34,593 nucleotides of DNA from Bacillota bacterium (GCA_017531315.1 JAFXLH010000081.1:1-34593); one strand, 5' to 3'. Positions 16,515 through 28,073 are shown, counted from the stretch's first letter. Numbers and translations are program-made. The notes: generated by a model from the sequence alone, not told the origin.

Positions 16515-16618
16515 CAGCCGCGGCAAATAGACGCTTTTGGCAAGGCGCAAGGGCCGCAGACATAGTGGGCCTATTTCAAGGCCCGGCAACACAGCCAAAA
16601 CGGCTATTTGTCCGGCTG
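16515..16618. repeat. About 104-bp imperfect palindromic element (ERIC/MITE-like)
   Basis: Nested inverted repeats CAGCCG/CGGCTG, CAAATAG/CTATTTG, TTTTGGC/GCCAAAA, GGGCC/GGCCC, with internal AAGGCG...CAACACAG; lies between two terminators. Confidence 0.55.
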
Positions 16619-16623
16619 CATAC

Positions 16624-16649
16624 AAAAAGAGCCGGCTAATGCCGGCTCT
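16624..16649 (-). terminator. Intrinsic terminator of 6S RNA
   Basis: AGAGCCGGC-atta-GCCGGCTCT followed by Ts on the minus strand. Confidence 0.8.
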
Positions 16650-16663
16650 CTTGCTTTAGATAT

Positions 16664-16848
16664 AAGCCCCCACCCTGCCGTGATCACCTCGGTTTTGAAC
16701 CTGCTCTAGGCAGGTGGGATGCCTCCCATGCACTTTCGCCTTCCCCTCTTGCTCATGGGGCCTGACGGCGGCGCACGAAGTACAGCGTCCCTTTGTAAAT
16801 GTGTTGGATCAAAACAATGGCGATACACGCACAGCGCAGGGTTACTTA
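16664..16848 (-). ncRNA. ssrS: 6S RNA
   Basis: About 185-nt non-coding segment with complementary ends and Firmicute 6S-like motifs (CCCTGCG.TGT.CGTG, TTTTGA.CCAACA, GGGAGGCATCCCACCTGC....GCAGGTTCAAAAC, ACGGCAGGGTGGGGG); own promoter and terminator; downstream of aspS as for B. subtilis 6S-1. Ends approximate. Confidence 0.9.
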
Positions 16849-16855
16849 CACCGCT

Positions 16856-16884
16856 ATTATACCAAGCATCGGCCGGCCTTACAA
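16856..16884 (-). promoter_or_regulatory. SigA promoter of 6S RNA
   Basis: Minus strand TTGTAA-17 nt-TATAAT with extended -10 TG. Confidence 0.8.
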
Positions 16885-16909
16885 CCGGTAAATAGCCCCA
16901 TACAAAATT

Positions 16910-16937
16910 AAAATCCCCGCCGTAAAAGCGGGGATTT
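16910..16937 (-). terminator. Terminator of hisS-aspS (potentially bidirectional)
   Basis: AAAATCCCCGC-loop-GCGGGGATTTT just after the aspS stop. Confidence 0.85.
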
Positions 16938-16957
16938 TTTGGTATAAACGCAGCTAA

Positions 16958-18739
<1,782 letters not shown>

Positions 18740-18795
18740 AAACATTCTCCTTTATTTTCAAGTTGCTTTATCATCAAATTTGCATAATGCAAACT

Positions 18796-20079
18796 TTATG
18801 CCATTTTGCTTTGGATATGCGCGGTCACTTCGGCAAGCGCTACTTCCACCTGTTCGCCGGCCTGCATATCTTTTACCTGCGCCACGCCGCGGGCAAACTC
18901 ATCGCCGCCGAGGATGACGGCAAAGCGGGCGCCCTCGCGGTTGGCTGCTTTGAACTGCGCCTTCATCCCGCGGGAGAGCAGGTCGAAATCGACGCGCAGC
19001 CCGGCTTTACGCAGCTCCTGCCCCAGCGCAAAGGCACGCTGCTGAGCAGCGGCATCGTCGCCGGTGGCGATAACGTAGACGTCCAGCCCGGTCTCCACCT
19101 CGATATCCAGCCCCTGCGCCTTCAGCGCGCCGAAGATGCGCTCGATGCCGGCCGCGAAGCCGACGGCGGGGATGGACTGGCCGCACACCTCTTCCATCAG
19201 GCCGTCATAACGGCCGCCGCCGCAGACGGCGCTCTGCGCGCCGATGCCGCCGGAGAGGATTTCGAAGGCAGTCTTGGTGTAGTAGTCCAGGCCGCGCACC
19301 AGACGGCTGTCCAGATGATAAGGGATGCCACTGGCGGTGAGGATGGCCTGCACGGAAGCGAAGTGTCCAGCACACTCTTGGCACAGGTACTGGTCAATAG
19401 TGGGCGCACCAGCAGCAAGATTCTTGCAGTTGGGGTTCTTGCAGTCGAGGATACGCATCGGGTTGCGCTCAAAGCGATCCTGGCAGGTGCCGCACAGCTG
19501 CGGCAGCGCCGGACGCAGGTGTTCCTGCAGCGCTTTGCGGTATTCGGCGCGGCACTTGGGGCAGCCGACGCTGTTCAGGTGCAGCTCCAGGTCTTTGAGG
19601 CCGAGGCGGGAGTAGATATCCCAGGCCAGGCAGATGGCTTCTGCATCGGCAAAGGGAGAATTGGTGCCGATCACTTCGATGCCGAACTGATGGAACTGGC
19701 GGAAGCGGCCGGCCTGCGGGCGCTCGCAGCGGAACATCGGGCCGATGTAGTAGAGCTTCTGCGGCTGCTGCGGGCGGCCGTACAGCTTATGCTCGCCAAA
19801 GGCGCGGCAGGTGCTGGCGGTATTTTCCGGGCGCAGGGTGATGGAGCGGCCGCCGCGGTCGGCAAAAGTATACATCTCCTTCTGCACGATATCCGTGGTC
19901 TCGCCCACGCCGCGCTGGAACAGCTCGGTGTATTCGAAGATGGGGGTGCGGATCTCGCCGTAGCCGTATTCGCGGCAGATCTCTCGCAGCAGCTCTTCTA
20001 CCTTCTGCAGCTTTTCGCTGCTGATATCTTCGCCGCCGGGCAGGAAGTCATTGGTGCCCTGAGGTTTGATGATAGCCAT
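18796..20079 (-). CDS. hisS: Histidine--tRNA ligase
   Basis: 'TPIFE', 'KEMYTF', 'LRPENTA', 'FR.ERPQAGRFRQFHQ', 'LVRGLDYY', 'GGGRYD'. Confidence 0.98.
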   Translation of the reverse strand: MAIIKPQGTNDFLPGGEDISSEKLQKVEELLREICREYGYGEIRTPIFEYTELFQRGVGETTDIVQKEMYTFADRGGRSITLRPENTASTCRAFGEHKLYGRPQQPQKLYYIGPMFRCERPQAGRFRQFHQFGIEVIGTNSPFADAEAICLAWDIYSRLGLKDLELHLNSVGCPKCRAEYRKALQEHLRPALPQLCGTCQDRFERNPMRILDCKNPNCKNLAAGAPTIDQYLCQECAGHFASVQAILTASGIPYHLDSRLVRGLDYYTKTAFEILSGGIGAQSAVCGGGRYDGLMEEVCGQSIPAVGFAAGIERIFGALKAQGLDIEVETGLDVYVIATGDDAAAQQRAFALGQELRKAGLRVDFDLLSRGMKAQFKAANREGARFAVILGGDEFARGVAQVKDMQAGEQVEVALAEVTAHIQSKMA

Positions 20080-20104
20080 AAGTTATCTCCTTAATTTTGC
20101 TTGA

Positions 20105-20342
20105 GAAAAAAATAAATCGCCCCTATATACATAGGGACGATGTGATCGCGGTGCCACCCTGTTTGAGCCTGCCGGATACGGCAAGCCCCTCTCTTTGGCA
20201 TAACGGCGCCTTGACCGGGTACCGTTTTGGCGGTACCGGCTCCCGAGTGTTCTCCCCTGCCGCCACGACAAGCCGCCTTACAGCCAAAGGGCAGCTCTCT
20301 CTGGGACGATTCTACGGCAAAAGACCTCGTTCACAGCCTTTT
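20105..20342 (-). promoter_or_regulatory. T-box riboswitch, His specifier
   Basis: Minus strand: stem I with AGAGAG and GGCTGTAAG loops, specifier GAA-CAC (CAC = His, 20249-20247), T-box AAACAGGGTGGCACCGCG (20164-20147), terminator hairpin 20141-20116 plus T-run, directly upstream of hisS. Confidence 0.95.
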
Positions 20343-20357
20343 GATATTAACATTACG

Positions 20358-20386
20358 ATTATATTTCAGCCGGGCGGGTTTGTCAA
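20358..20386 (-). promoter_or_regulatory. Consensus SigA promoter of the T-box-hisS-aspS transcript
   Basis: Minus strand TTGACA-17 nt-TATAAT, perfect consensus. Confidence 0.9.
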
Positions 20387-20411
20387 TAAAAACCCGCGCC
20401 GACTGCCGTTT

Positions 20412-21080
20412 TCAGTTAAAGGGGATGGAATGCAGATCGATATCCTCATCCATATAGGGGTTATGCTCGATCTCGTACCACAGCACGGATTCCGCGTCGT
20501 GACCGGGCAGGATGCGCAGGTCTACATCCAGCGGCATCACCTTCTCGATCAGCGAGCGGCGCAGCAGCTCCAGATCGCCGCCGGGGAAATCGCAGCGGCC
20601 CACATTGCAGCGGAACAGCGTATCGCCGGTGAAGAGCAAGTCGTCCACGCGCAGCATGATGCAGCCGGCGCTGTGGCCGGGCGTGTGGATGACCTGCATG
20701 GTCATATTGCCCACCGGGATACGGTCGCCGTCTTTAAGCAAGATATCGGCCGGGCCGCAATCATCCGGCTTGGCGGTAAAGAGGAAGGAGAGCGTCTGCA
20801 CCGGGCTGCACAGCGCCTCGGCTTCCGCTTCGTGGATCATGATCGGCGCGCCGGTCAGCTCCTTGATAGCGAGATTGCTGGCGACATGGTCGTAGTGGCA
20901 ATGGGTGTTGATGATGCCCACCACCTGATAATCGGTGCGTTCCAGCGTCTTGATGATGCGGATGGTCTCCCCGCCCGGATCGATGACCACGGCTTTGCGC
21001 GTATCGCGGCAGGCAAGGATGTAGCAGTTGACATCCGGCACATACATGTGCAGCTTATGAATAATATATCTTTCTTCCAT
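20412..21080 (-). CDS. MBL-fold metallo-hydrolase (glyoxalase II-like)
   Basis: 'NCYIL', 'IDPG', 'THCHYDH', 'HTPGHS.G', 'FTGDTLF', 'PGH'; usual gene after dtd in Clostridia. Confidence 0.92.
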   Translation of the reverse strand: MEERYIIHKLHMYVPDVNCYILACRDTRKAVVIDPGGETIRIIKTLERTDYQVVGIINTHCHYDHVASNLAIKELTGAPIMIHEAEAEALCSPVQTLSFLFTAKPDDCGPADILLKDGDRIPVGNMTMQVIHTPGHSAGCIMLRVDDLLFTGDTLFRCNVGRCDFPGGDLELLRRSLIEKVMPLDVDLRILPGHDAESVLWYEIEHNPYMDEDIDLHSIPFN

Positions 21081-21095
21081 GTGGCTGCCTCCGTT

Positions 21096-21548
21096 TTATT
21101 CTGCGGCCAGGCTGCTTTCCAGCATAATGGTCACCGGGCCGTCGTTGATGATCTCTACCTGCATATCGGCGCCGAATTCGCCGCATTGCACCGGCACGCC
21201 CTGCTCGGCCAATTTCACAAGGAACAGCTCATAGAGCGCCTTGGCCTCCATGGGCGGTGCGGCCGGTTCGAAGCCGGGACGGTTGCCACGGCGGGTATCC
21301 GCATAAAGCGTGAACTGCGAGATGACCAGCGCTTCGCCGCCGATATCGCGCACGGACAGATTCATTTTGCCCTGTGCATCGGCAAATACTCGCAAAGCCG
21401 CCGCCTTTTTGGCGAGGAATTCCACGTCGGCCGCCGTATCGCCGCGACCTACGCCCAGCAGCATCACGTAGCCACGGCCGATGCTGCCCTTCACTTTGCC
21501 CTCAATAGTAACGCTGCCGCGGCTGACGCGCTGCAACAACAGTTTCAT
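21096..21548 (-). CDS. dtd: D-aminoacyl-tRNA deacylase
   Basis: 'QRV', 'GKMNLS', 'SQFTL', 'GNRP.F', 'FGADMQV..INDGPVT'. Confidence 0.97.
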   Translation of the reverse strand: MKLLLQRVSRGSVTIEGKVKGSIGRGYVMLLGVGRGDTAADVEFLAKKAAALRVFADAQGKMNLSVRDIGGEALVISQFTLYADTRRGNRPGFEPAAPPMEAKALYELFLVKLAEQGVPVQCGEFGADMQVEIINDGPVTIMLESSLAAE

Positions 21549-23737
21549 CAGCGTTTACCTCCGTTATTGCTGCCGGTTCTGGTGCGGTGCACATCGTACA
21601 CATCTTTGACACGGCGCAGGCGCGCCATGATCAGATCCAGCTGATCCAGCGAGGTCACTTCTACTTTTACCTGAATGGTGGCGGTGTTCTTTTTCTTGTC
21701 GGCGAAGATGTTGATGCCGTTCAAGGGCGTTTTGCTCTCCGCCAGCACAGACATCACATCCATCGCCAGATGGTCGCGGTCGAAGGCGAAGGCTTCCAGC
21801 TCTGCCTGGAAGACGCCGCTCTGGCCGCCCGCCCAGCCGACGGTGATGAGGCGGCCCGGCTCTACCTGCTGGTAGCGGCGGGCATTGGGGCAATCCGCGC
21901 GGTGCACGGATACACCGCGGCCACGGGTCACGTAGCCGACGATGGCGTCGCCCGGCAGCGGCTTGCAGCAGCTGGCCACGCGCACCATCACATCGTCCGC
22001 GCCCTCTACCCAGATGCCGTCCGGCGAGGTGGTATGACGCTCGGGCGCCAGCTTGATCGTTTCTTCTTCCGTCCCTTCGTTGCGGCGCAGCGCATCGCGC
22101 AGGCGGCCTACCAGCAGCTCTGCACGCAGCTGACCGGCGCCGAGCCCGGCCATGATGTCTTCGACATCCTTGAAGCCGTAGCGGCGGGTCGACTCTGCAA
22201 ACTCATCCATCTTGATCAGCTGCTGCGGATCGAGATTGAACTTGCGGCATTCGGCGGTGAAGGCGTCACGGCCCAGCTGAATATTCTCGTCGCGCTTTTC
22301 TTTGCGGAACCATTGGCGGATCTTGTTTTTGGCCTGCGGCGTATGCACCACATTCAGCCAGTCGCGCGAGGGGCCGCGGCCCTTCTGCGTGAGGATCTCC
22401 ACGATATCGCCATTCTTCAGCTGGCTGGTCAGCGGCACCAGGCGGCGGTTGACACGCGCACCTACGCACTGATGGCCGACATCGGTATGGACGCGATAGG
22501 CGAAGTCGAGCGGGCCGGAACCGGCCGGCAGCTCATAAACGTCGCCGCGCGGGGTGAATACATAAATATTTTCGGCAAAGAGGTCGCCCTTGACCTCTTC
22601 CATGAATTCCTGAGAATCCTTTACATCCTGCTGCCATTCCAGCATCTGACGCAGCCACTCGACCTTTTCGTCGAAGTTTTCTACCGCGCTCCTGCCTTCC
22701 TTGTAGCGCCAATGCGCGGCGATACCGTATTCGGCGGTGCGGTGCATCTCCCAGGTGCGTATCTGCACCTCAAAGGGCACGCCGTCTTCGGCGATCAGCG
22801 TGGTGTGCAGCGACTGGTAGGCGTTCTGCTTGGGCATGGCGATATAGTCTTTGAAGCGGCCCGGCAGCGGTTTCCAGCGGGTGTGGATGATGCCGAGCGC
22901 CGAGTAGCAGTCGGTCAGGTCGTCGACGATGACACGGATGGCGTACAAGTCGAAAATCTCGCTAAGCGCCTTGTTCTGACGGCGCATCTTGTTGTAGATG
23001 CTGTAGAAGTTTTTGACGCGGCCGTTTACTTCCGCCTTGATGCCGGCCTTGGCCAGATCCTCGATGATCATCTGACAATGCTGATTGATGAAGCGGTCGC
23101 GTTCCGGCGCATCATCGGCCAGCTGACGCTTGATATCTTCTACCGCATCGGCTTCCAGCACGGCGATGGAGAGGTCTTCCAGCTCGCTCTTCAGGCGCGA
23201 TACACCGAGGCGATGCGCCAGCGGGGCGAAGATGGTCAGCGTCTCTTCGGCGATCTCCAGACGGCGCTTGGGGCTGCGGTGGGTGCCGATGGTACGCATA
23301 TTGTGCAGGCGGTCGGCCAGCTTTACCAATACGATGCGGATATCCTTGGACATAGCCAGGAACATCTTGCGTAAGTTTTCCGCCTGCGCCTCCTGACGGG
23401 AAACGAAGCGCAGCTTGGAGAGCTTGGTCACACCCTCTACCAGGCGCAGCGTATCTTCGCCGAAGCGCTCTGCCAGCTCTTCCGGCGTGACAGAAGTATT
23501 TTCGATCACATCGTGCAGCAGGCCGGCCATGATGGCCACGTCGTCCATCTGCAGCTGGCAGAGGATGCTGGCCACGGCAAGCGGGTGGATGATATAGGGC
23601 TCGCCGGAATCGCGCAGCTGACCGTCATGAGCCGTAAGGGCGCAGTTGTACGCAGCGCGCAGCAGCTCGCTGTTGGAAGACGGGTTGTACAACTTCGCCT
23701 GCTCGATGATCTTTTCGATAGTTACGGCTGATGACAT
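21548..23737 (-). CDS. relA: Bifunctional (p)ppGpp synthetase/hydrolase Rel
   Basis: 'H.GQ.R.SGEPYIIHP', intact 'HD', 'KLADRLHNMRT', 'RFKDYIA.PK.N.YQSLHT', TGS 'DFAYRVHT', 'CCKPLPGD', C-terminal ACT domain. Confidence 0.98.
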   Translation of the reverse strand: MSSAVTIEKIIEQAKLYNPSSNSELLRAAYNCALTAHDGQLRDSGEPYIIHPLAVASILCQLQMDDVAIMAGLLHDVIENTSVTPEELAERFGEDTLRLVEGVTKLSKLRFVSRQEAQAENLRKMFLAMSKDIRIVLVKLADRLHNMRTIGTHRSPKRRLEIAEETLTIFAPLAHRLGVSRLKSELEDLSIAVLEADAVEDIKRQLADDAPERDRFINQHCQMIIEDLAKAGIKAEVNGRVKNFYSIYNKMRRQNKALSEIFDLYAIRVIVDDLTDCYSALGIIHTRWKPLPGRFKDYIAMPKQNAYQSLHTTLIAEDGVPFEVQIRTWEMHRTAEYGIAAHWRYKEGRSAVENFDEKVEWLRQMLEWQQDVKDSQEFMEEVKGDLFAENIYVFTPRGDVYELPAGSGPLDFAYRVHTDVGHQCVGARVNRRLVPLTSQLKNGDIVEILTQKGRGPSRDWLNVVHTPQAKNKIRQWFRKEKRDENIQLGRDAFTAECRKFNLDPQQLIKMDEFAESTRRYGFKDVEDIMAGLGAGQLRAELLVGRLRDALRRNEGTEEETIKLAPERHTTSPDGIWVEGADDVMVRVASCCKPLPGDAIVGYVTRGRGVSVHRADCPNARRYQQVEPGRLITVGWAGGQSGVFQAELEAFAFDRDHLAMDVMSVLAESKTPLNGINIFADKKKNTATIQVKVEVTSLDQLDLIMARLRRVKDVYDVHRTRTGSNNGGKR

Positions 23738-23751
23738 AGCTTCTCTCCGAA

Positions 23752-23790
23752 ATAAAATAAATGTCGGGGCGCAGTTTATCCTACGCCCCG
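23752..23790 (-). terminator. Terminator-like hairpin between codY and rel
   Basis: Minus strand CGGGGCGTAG-gataaa-CTGCGCCCCG followed by ACATTTATTTTATTT. Confidence 0.55.
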
Positions 23791-23807
23791 CTTACAGCAA
23801 AACATAA

Positions 23808-24593
23808 TCAGTTTTCGGCTTTGTTCAGTTTTTCCAGTTCCTCACCCAGCGTAGAGTTGACGATGCGGATATTGGTACCCTTCATACCCAGGGAGCGCAC
23901 CTCAACAATACCGGCCGATTCCAGCTTACGCAGCGCATTGACGATAACGGAGCGGGTGATGCCGTGCTGATCGGCCACCTTGGAGGTGACCAGCAGGCCG
24001 CCGTCTTTGCCCAGTTCATCAAAAATATGGCGTACCGCATCCTGCTCGGTGTAAGAAAGGCTTTCCAGAGCCAGCGCTACCATGGCGCGCTGACGGGCGA
24101 TCTCGCTCAGCTTTTCTAATCTGGCGCGCATCATTTCCATACCGATAACGGTGGCGGAAAGCTCTGCCAGGATCTGGTCGCCGCTATCGAACTCGCCGCT
24201 TTTGGAAAGCACCAGCGTGCCCAGGCGATCACCGCCGCCCATGATCGGCACGGTGGTGGTCAGCTTGCCTTCCAGCAGGCACTTATCGTACACGCCAAAG
24301 GCACAGGCGCCGCCGCGGTCGATATTGATGCGGGCTTCCGTGCATTTCAGCAGCTCTTCGTTCGATTGCAGAGGATACTGTTCGGTTTTGGTAGCGATCT
24401 CTTCCATAGCGGGGCAATGGAAGCCATCGATGAAAGCATAGCCAAGCATACGGCCGGAGGCGCTGATGATATAGACATTGGTATCCATATTTTCGCACAG
24501 GGTCTTTGCCATATCGGCAAAGCTGATCGGGTGGCCGGCAGCTTTTTGGATGATCTTATTGATCTCTCTGGTTTTATCAAGCAGCGTTTTCAC
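23808..24593 (-). CDS. codY: GTP/BCAA-sensing transcriptional regulator CodY
   Basis: 'LLDKTREINKIIQK', 'PIMGGGDRLGTL', 'SLSYTE', winged-helix 'SKVAD..GITRSVIVNALRKLESAG..EVRSLGMKGT'; GTG start with GGGAGG RBS. Confidence 0.96.
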   Translation of the reverse strand: MKTLLDKTREINKIIQKAAGHPISFADMAKTLCENMDTNVYIISASGRMLGYAFIDGFHCPAMEEIATKTEQYPLQSNEELLKCTEARINIDRGGACAFGVYDKCLLEGKLTTTVPIMGGGDRLGTLVLSKSGEFDSGDQILAELSATVIGMEMMRARLEKLSEIARQRAMVALALESLSYTEQDAVRHIFDELGKDGGLLVTSKVADQHGITRSVIVNALRKLESAGIVEVRSLGMKGTNIRIVNSTLGEELEKLNKAEN

Positions 24594-24638
24594 GTTTTCC
24601 TCCCGGCGGAACGAGTCCGTCTTCGTTAGGAATTTGTC

Positions 24639-25739
<1,101 letters not shown>

Positions 25740-25837
25740 CTGTTAGTTAGCCCCCTTTATCTCCCCGGCCGGCTTTCCTGCCGCACTCGGAGCGTTCATC
25801 TGCAAGCAGATTTACTTATAATCATAGATAGAAGAAT

Positions 25838-25874
25838 ATTCTTTATCATACCGCAAATCCCTGCTAAAAAGCAA
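25838..25874 (-). promoter_or_regulatory. Overlapping putative SigA and SigH promoters of ftsZ
   Basis: Minus strand TTGCTT-18 nt-TATGAT, and GCAGGGATTT...AAGAATA. Confidence 0.45.
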
Positions 25875-25921
25875 GTATCCGCCATAAATTATCCGGCAAA
25901 AGCGGCATTGAGCAGATAATA

Positions 25922-26707
25922 TCACCAATAATTGATCACAGGCTTGTCCGTAAGCCGCACATCCACATAAGCGATGCGCGACAGGCGGCCGTTTTCTTCC
26001 GCATTAGCCACGATGGCCTGATACATGAGGAACTTTTCGCGGATATCCGCAGAATCGCCCAGGCGTATCTCCAGCCCGGCATTGGTGTAGAGGTAAATAT
26101 CCTGCACATTGCCCACATCGATCTCGCCCACTTCGCCCATGAAGTTGCTTTCCAGCGAGTTGATGATGCGCATACCGGCGGCGATCTGCTCACCTTCGAT
26201 GGTGTAGCCGGGGCCTACCCCCTTGGGGAAGCTGGTGATGCCCAGCAGCAGCGGCAGCTTCAGCCCCTCCAGCACATCCAGGCGCTCCAGCACGCGGCCG
26301 CTCTCATCCACGGCGAGGAAGTGGCCGTCGCCGCCATCCACCAGCGCCACCGCCTGCCGCTCTTCCACCACGATACGCAGCTTATTGGGCAGACGGTAGG
26401 TGGCTTCCACGGCTTTGATGCGCGGTTCGATGGCGATCCACTTTTCCATCACGTCTTCTTCCACGGCAAATACGCTCATGCCTAAGTCCACGCGGGAAAG
26501 CTTGATGATCTGCTCATCGCTGACCCGGTCATTGCCGGTGATGCGGATCTCGGCGATGTCGAAGATCGGCGAGCGCGCCAAAAAGAAGCCGCCCACGCCC
26601 ACGCAGATCAAAAAGACCAGCATGACCAGCCAGCGCAGCATATAGCTGCGTCTGCGTCTGCGCCGATAAAGGCCGATATCCGTAATATCGCTGCGCCGTC
26701 TTTCCAT
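25922..26707 (-). CDS. ftsQ: Cell division protein FtsQ/DivIB
   Basis: Basic N-terminus, single TM helix, POTRA-like 'F.IAEIRITGN', 'LPNKLRIVVEER', C-terminal 'YVDVR..DKPV'; start ATG 26707 (alternative GTG 26719). Confidence 0.9.
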   Translation of the reverse strand: MERRRSDITDIGLYRRRRRRSYMLRWLVMLVFLICVGVGGFFLARSPIFDIAEIRITGNDRVSDEQIIKLSRVDLGMSVFAVEEDVMEKWIAIEPRIKAVEATYRLPNKLRIVVEERQAVALVDGGDGHFLAVDESGRVLERLDVLEGLKLPLLLGITSFPKGVGPGYTIEGEQIAAGMRIINSLESNFMGEVGEIDVGNVQDIYLYTNAGLEIRLGDSADIREKFLMYQAIVANAEENGRLSRIAYVDVRLTDKPVINYW

Positions 26708-26759
26708 TCCTGACCTCACTATCTGACCACACGGTGGGCATAGTCTTATACATAGTCTA

Positions 26760-28073
26760 TTATAGCATCAATATTTGCCGATTGCGATAGTTATTTTCGT
26801 CTTTTATTGGCAGGATGCGGCGAATATCCGCGCCGAGGCGTACCAGCTTCTGTTCCGGCTGCTCGTAGCCGCGCCGCAGATGCATCAGCCCGCCCAGCCG
26901 GCTCTCCCCTTGCGCCGCCAGCGCGCCGATCAGCAGCGCCGCCGCCCCGCGCAAATCCTGCGCCTGCAGCACCGCCCCCTTCAGCGGCATCCCCACCACC
27001 ACCGCCAGCTCCTCCTCCACGCCGATCACCGCGCCCAAGCGCTGCAGCTGCGCCGCATGGTGGTAGCGATTTTCGAACACCGTCTCGCGGATACGGGAGA
27101 GGCCCACCGCCGTGGCGGCAGCGGCCATCAGCGGCGCCTGCAGGTCGGTGGGGAAAGCGGGGTACGGCCCGGTAGTCACCTCTGCCGCCTGCAGCCGCCG
27201 CCGGGCGGCTATAGTGAGCCCACGCGGCTGCTGCCGCACTTCTGCGCCCATCTGCTGCAGGATGCGCCACAGCTCCGCATTTTCCGCAGCCGCATAGTCC
27301 CGCAGCAGCAGCTCGCCGCCGCAGGCTGCCGCCGCGCAGGCCCAGGTGCCGGCTTCGATGCGGTCGGGCGGCAGGCGGAAAGTTCCGCCATCCAGCCGCT
27401 CTACGCCGCAGATGCGGATGCGGCTCTCCCCTGCGCCCTCTATCTCCGCGCCCATCGCCCGCAGGCACTCGGCCAGGAATACCACCTCCGGCTCGCGCGC
27501 CGCATTTTCCAGCACCGTCTCGCCCCGCGCCAGCACCGCCGCCAGCAGCACATTTTCCGTAGCGCCGACGGAGGGGTAGCCGAGCCGGATCTGCGCCCCG
27601 CTGAGGCCGTCCGCCCGGGCGACGATGCTCTCTTCCGCCACCTCTATCTGCGCGCCCAGAGCCTGCAGCGCAGAAAAGTGCAGATCGAGCGGGCGGCGGC
27701 CGATGGCGCAGCCGCCGGGCAGGGGCAGCTCCGCATAGCCGCAGCGGGCCAGCAGCGGCCCCAGCAGCAGGCTGCCGGCGCGGAAGCTACGCATCAGCGG
27801 CGCGGGCGGGCAGGAGCAAAGAAGCTTATCCGCGGCAAAAGTAAAGGTGCTGCCGGCCGGGGATATCGCCACCCCGTAATGCCGCAGCACCTCACACATA
27901 CTATGCACGTCCCGAAGTTCGGGCAGATTTTCTATCGCCAGCGGGCTGTCCGTGAGCAGCACCGCCGCCAGAAGCGGCAGCGCCGCATTCTTGCTGGCGG
28001 AAAGCTCTATCTCCCCTACCAGCTGTTTGCCGCCGCAGATAAGCAGTTCTTCCTGATAATAATTTTCCGCCAT
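26760..28073 (-). CDS. murA: UDP-N-acetylglucosamine 1-carboxyvinyltransferase
   Basis: 'KNAALP', 'LPGGCAIGRRPLDLH' with catalytic Cys, 'SVGATEN', 'AAREPEV', 'DRIEAGT', 'FPTDLQ', 'DLRG'. Confidence 0.95.
   Translation of the reverse strand: MAENYYQEELLICGGKQLVGEIELSASKNAALPLLAAVLLTDSPLAIENLPELRDVHSMCEVLRHYGVAISPAGSTFTFAADKLLCSCPPAPLMRSFRAGSLLLGPLLARCGYAELPLPGGCAIGRRPLDLHFSALQALGAQIEVAEESIVARADGLSGAQIRLGYPSVGATENVLLAAVLARGETVLENAAREPEVVFLAECLRAMGAEIEGAGESRIRICGVERLDGGTFRLPPDRIEAGTWACAAAACGGELLLRDYAAAENAELWRILQQMGAEVRQQPRGLTIAARRRLQAAEVTTGPYPAFPTDLQAPLMAAAATAVGLSRIRETVFENRYHHAAQLQRLGAVIGVEEELAVVVGMPLKGAVLQAQDLRGAAALLIGALAAQGESRLGGLMHLRRGYEQPEQKLVRLGADIRRILPIKDENNYRNRQILML

Noticed and set aside
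16714-16911. 65-aa plus-strand ORF in the rqcH-aspS gap
   Set aside because: Overlaps the 6S RNA and its promoter on the opposite strand, which explain the region.
20083-20271. 62-aa minus-strand ORF upstream of hisS as a leader peptide
   Set aside because: Lies inside a canonical T-box leader and has no His-codon run.
20097-23374. 515-aa and 595-aa plus-strand ORFs
   Set aside because: Antisense to the T-box, MBL gene, dtd and rel; no protein-family features.
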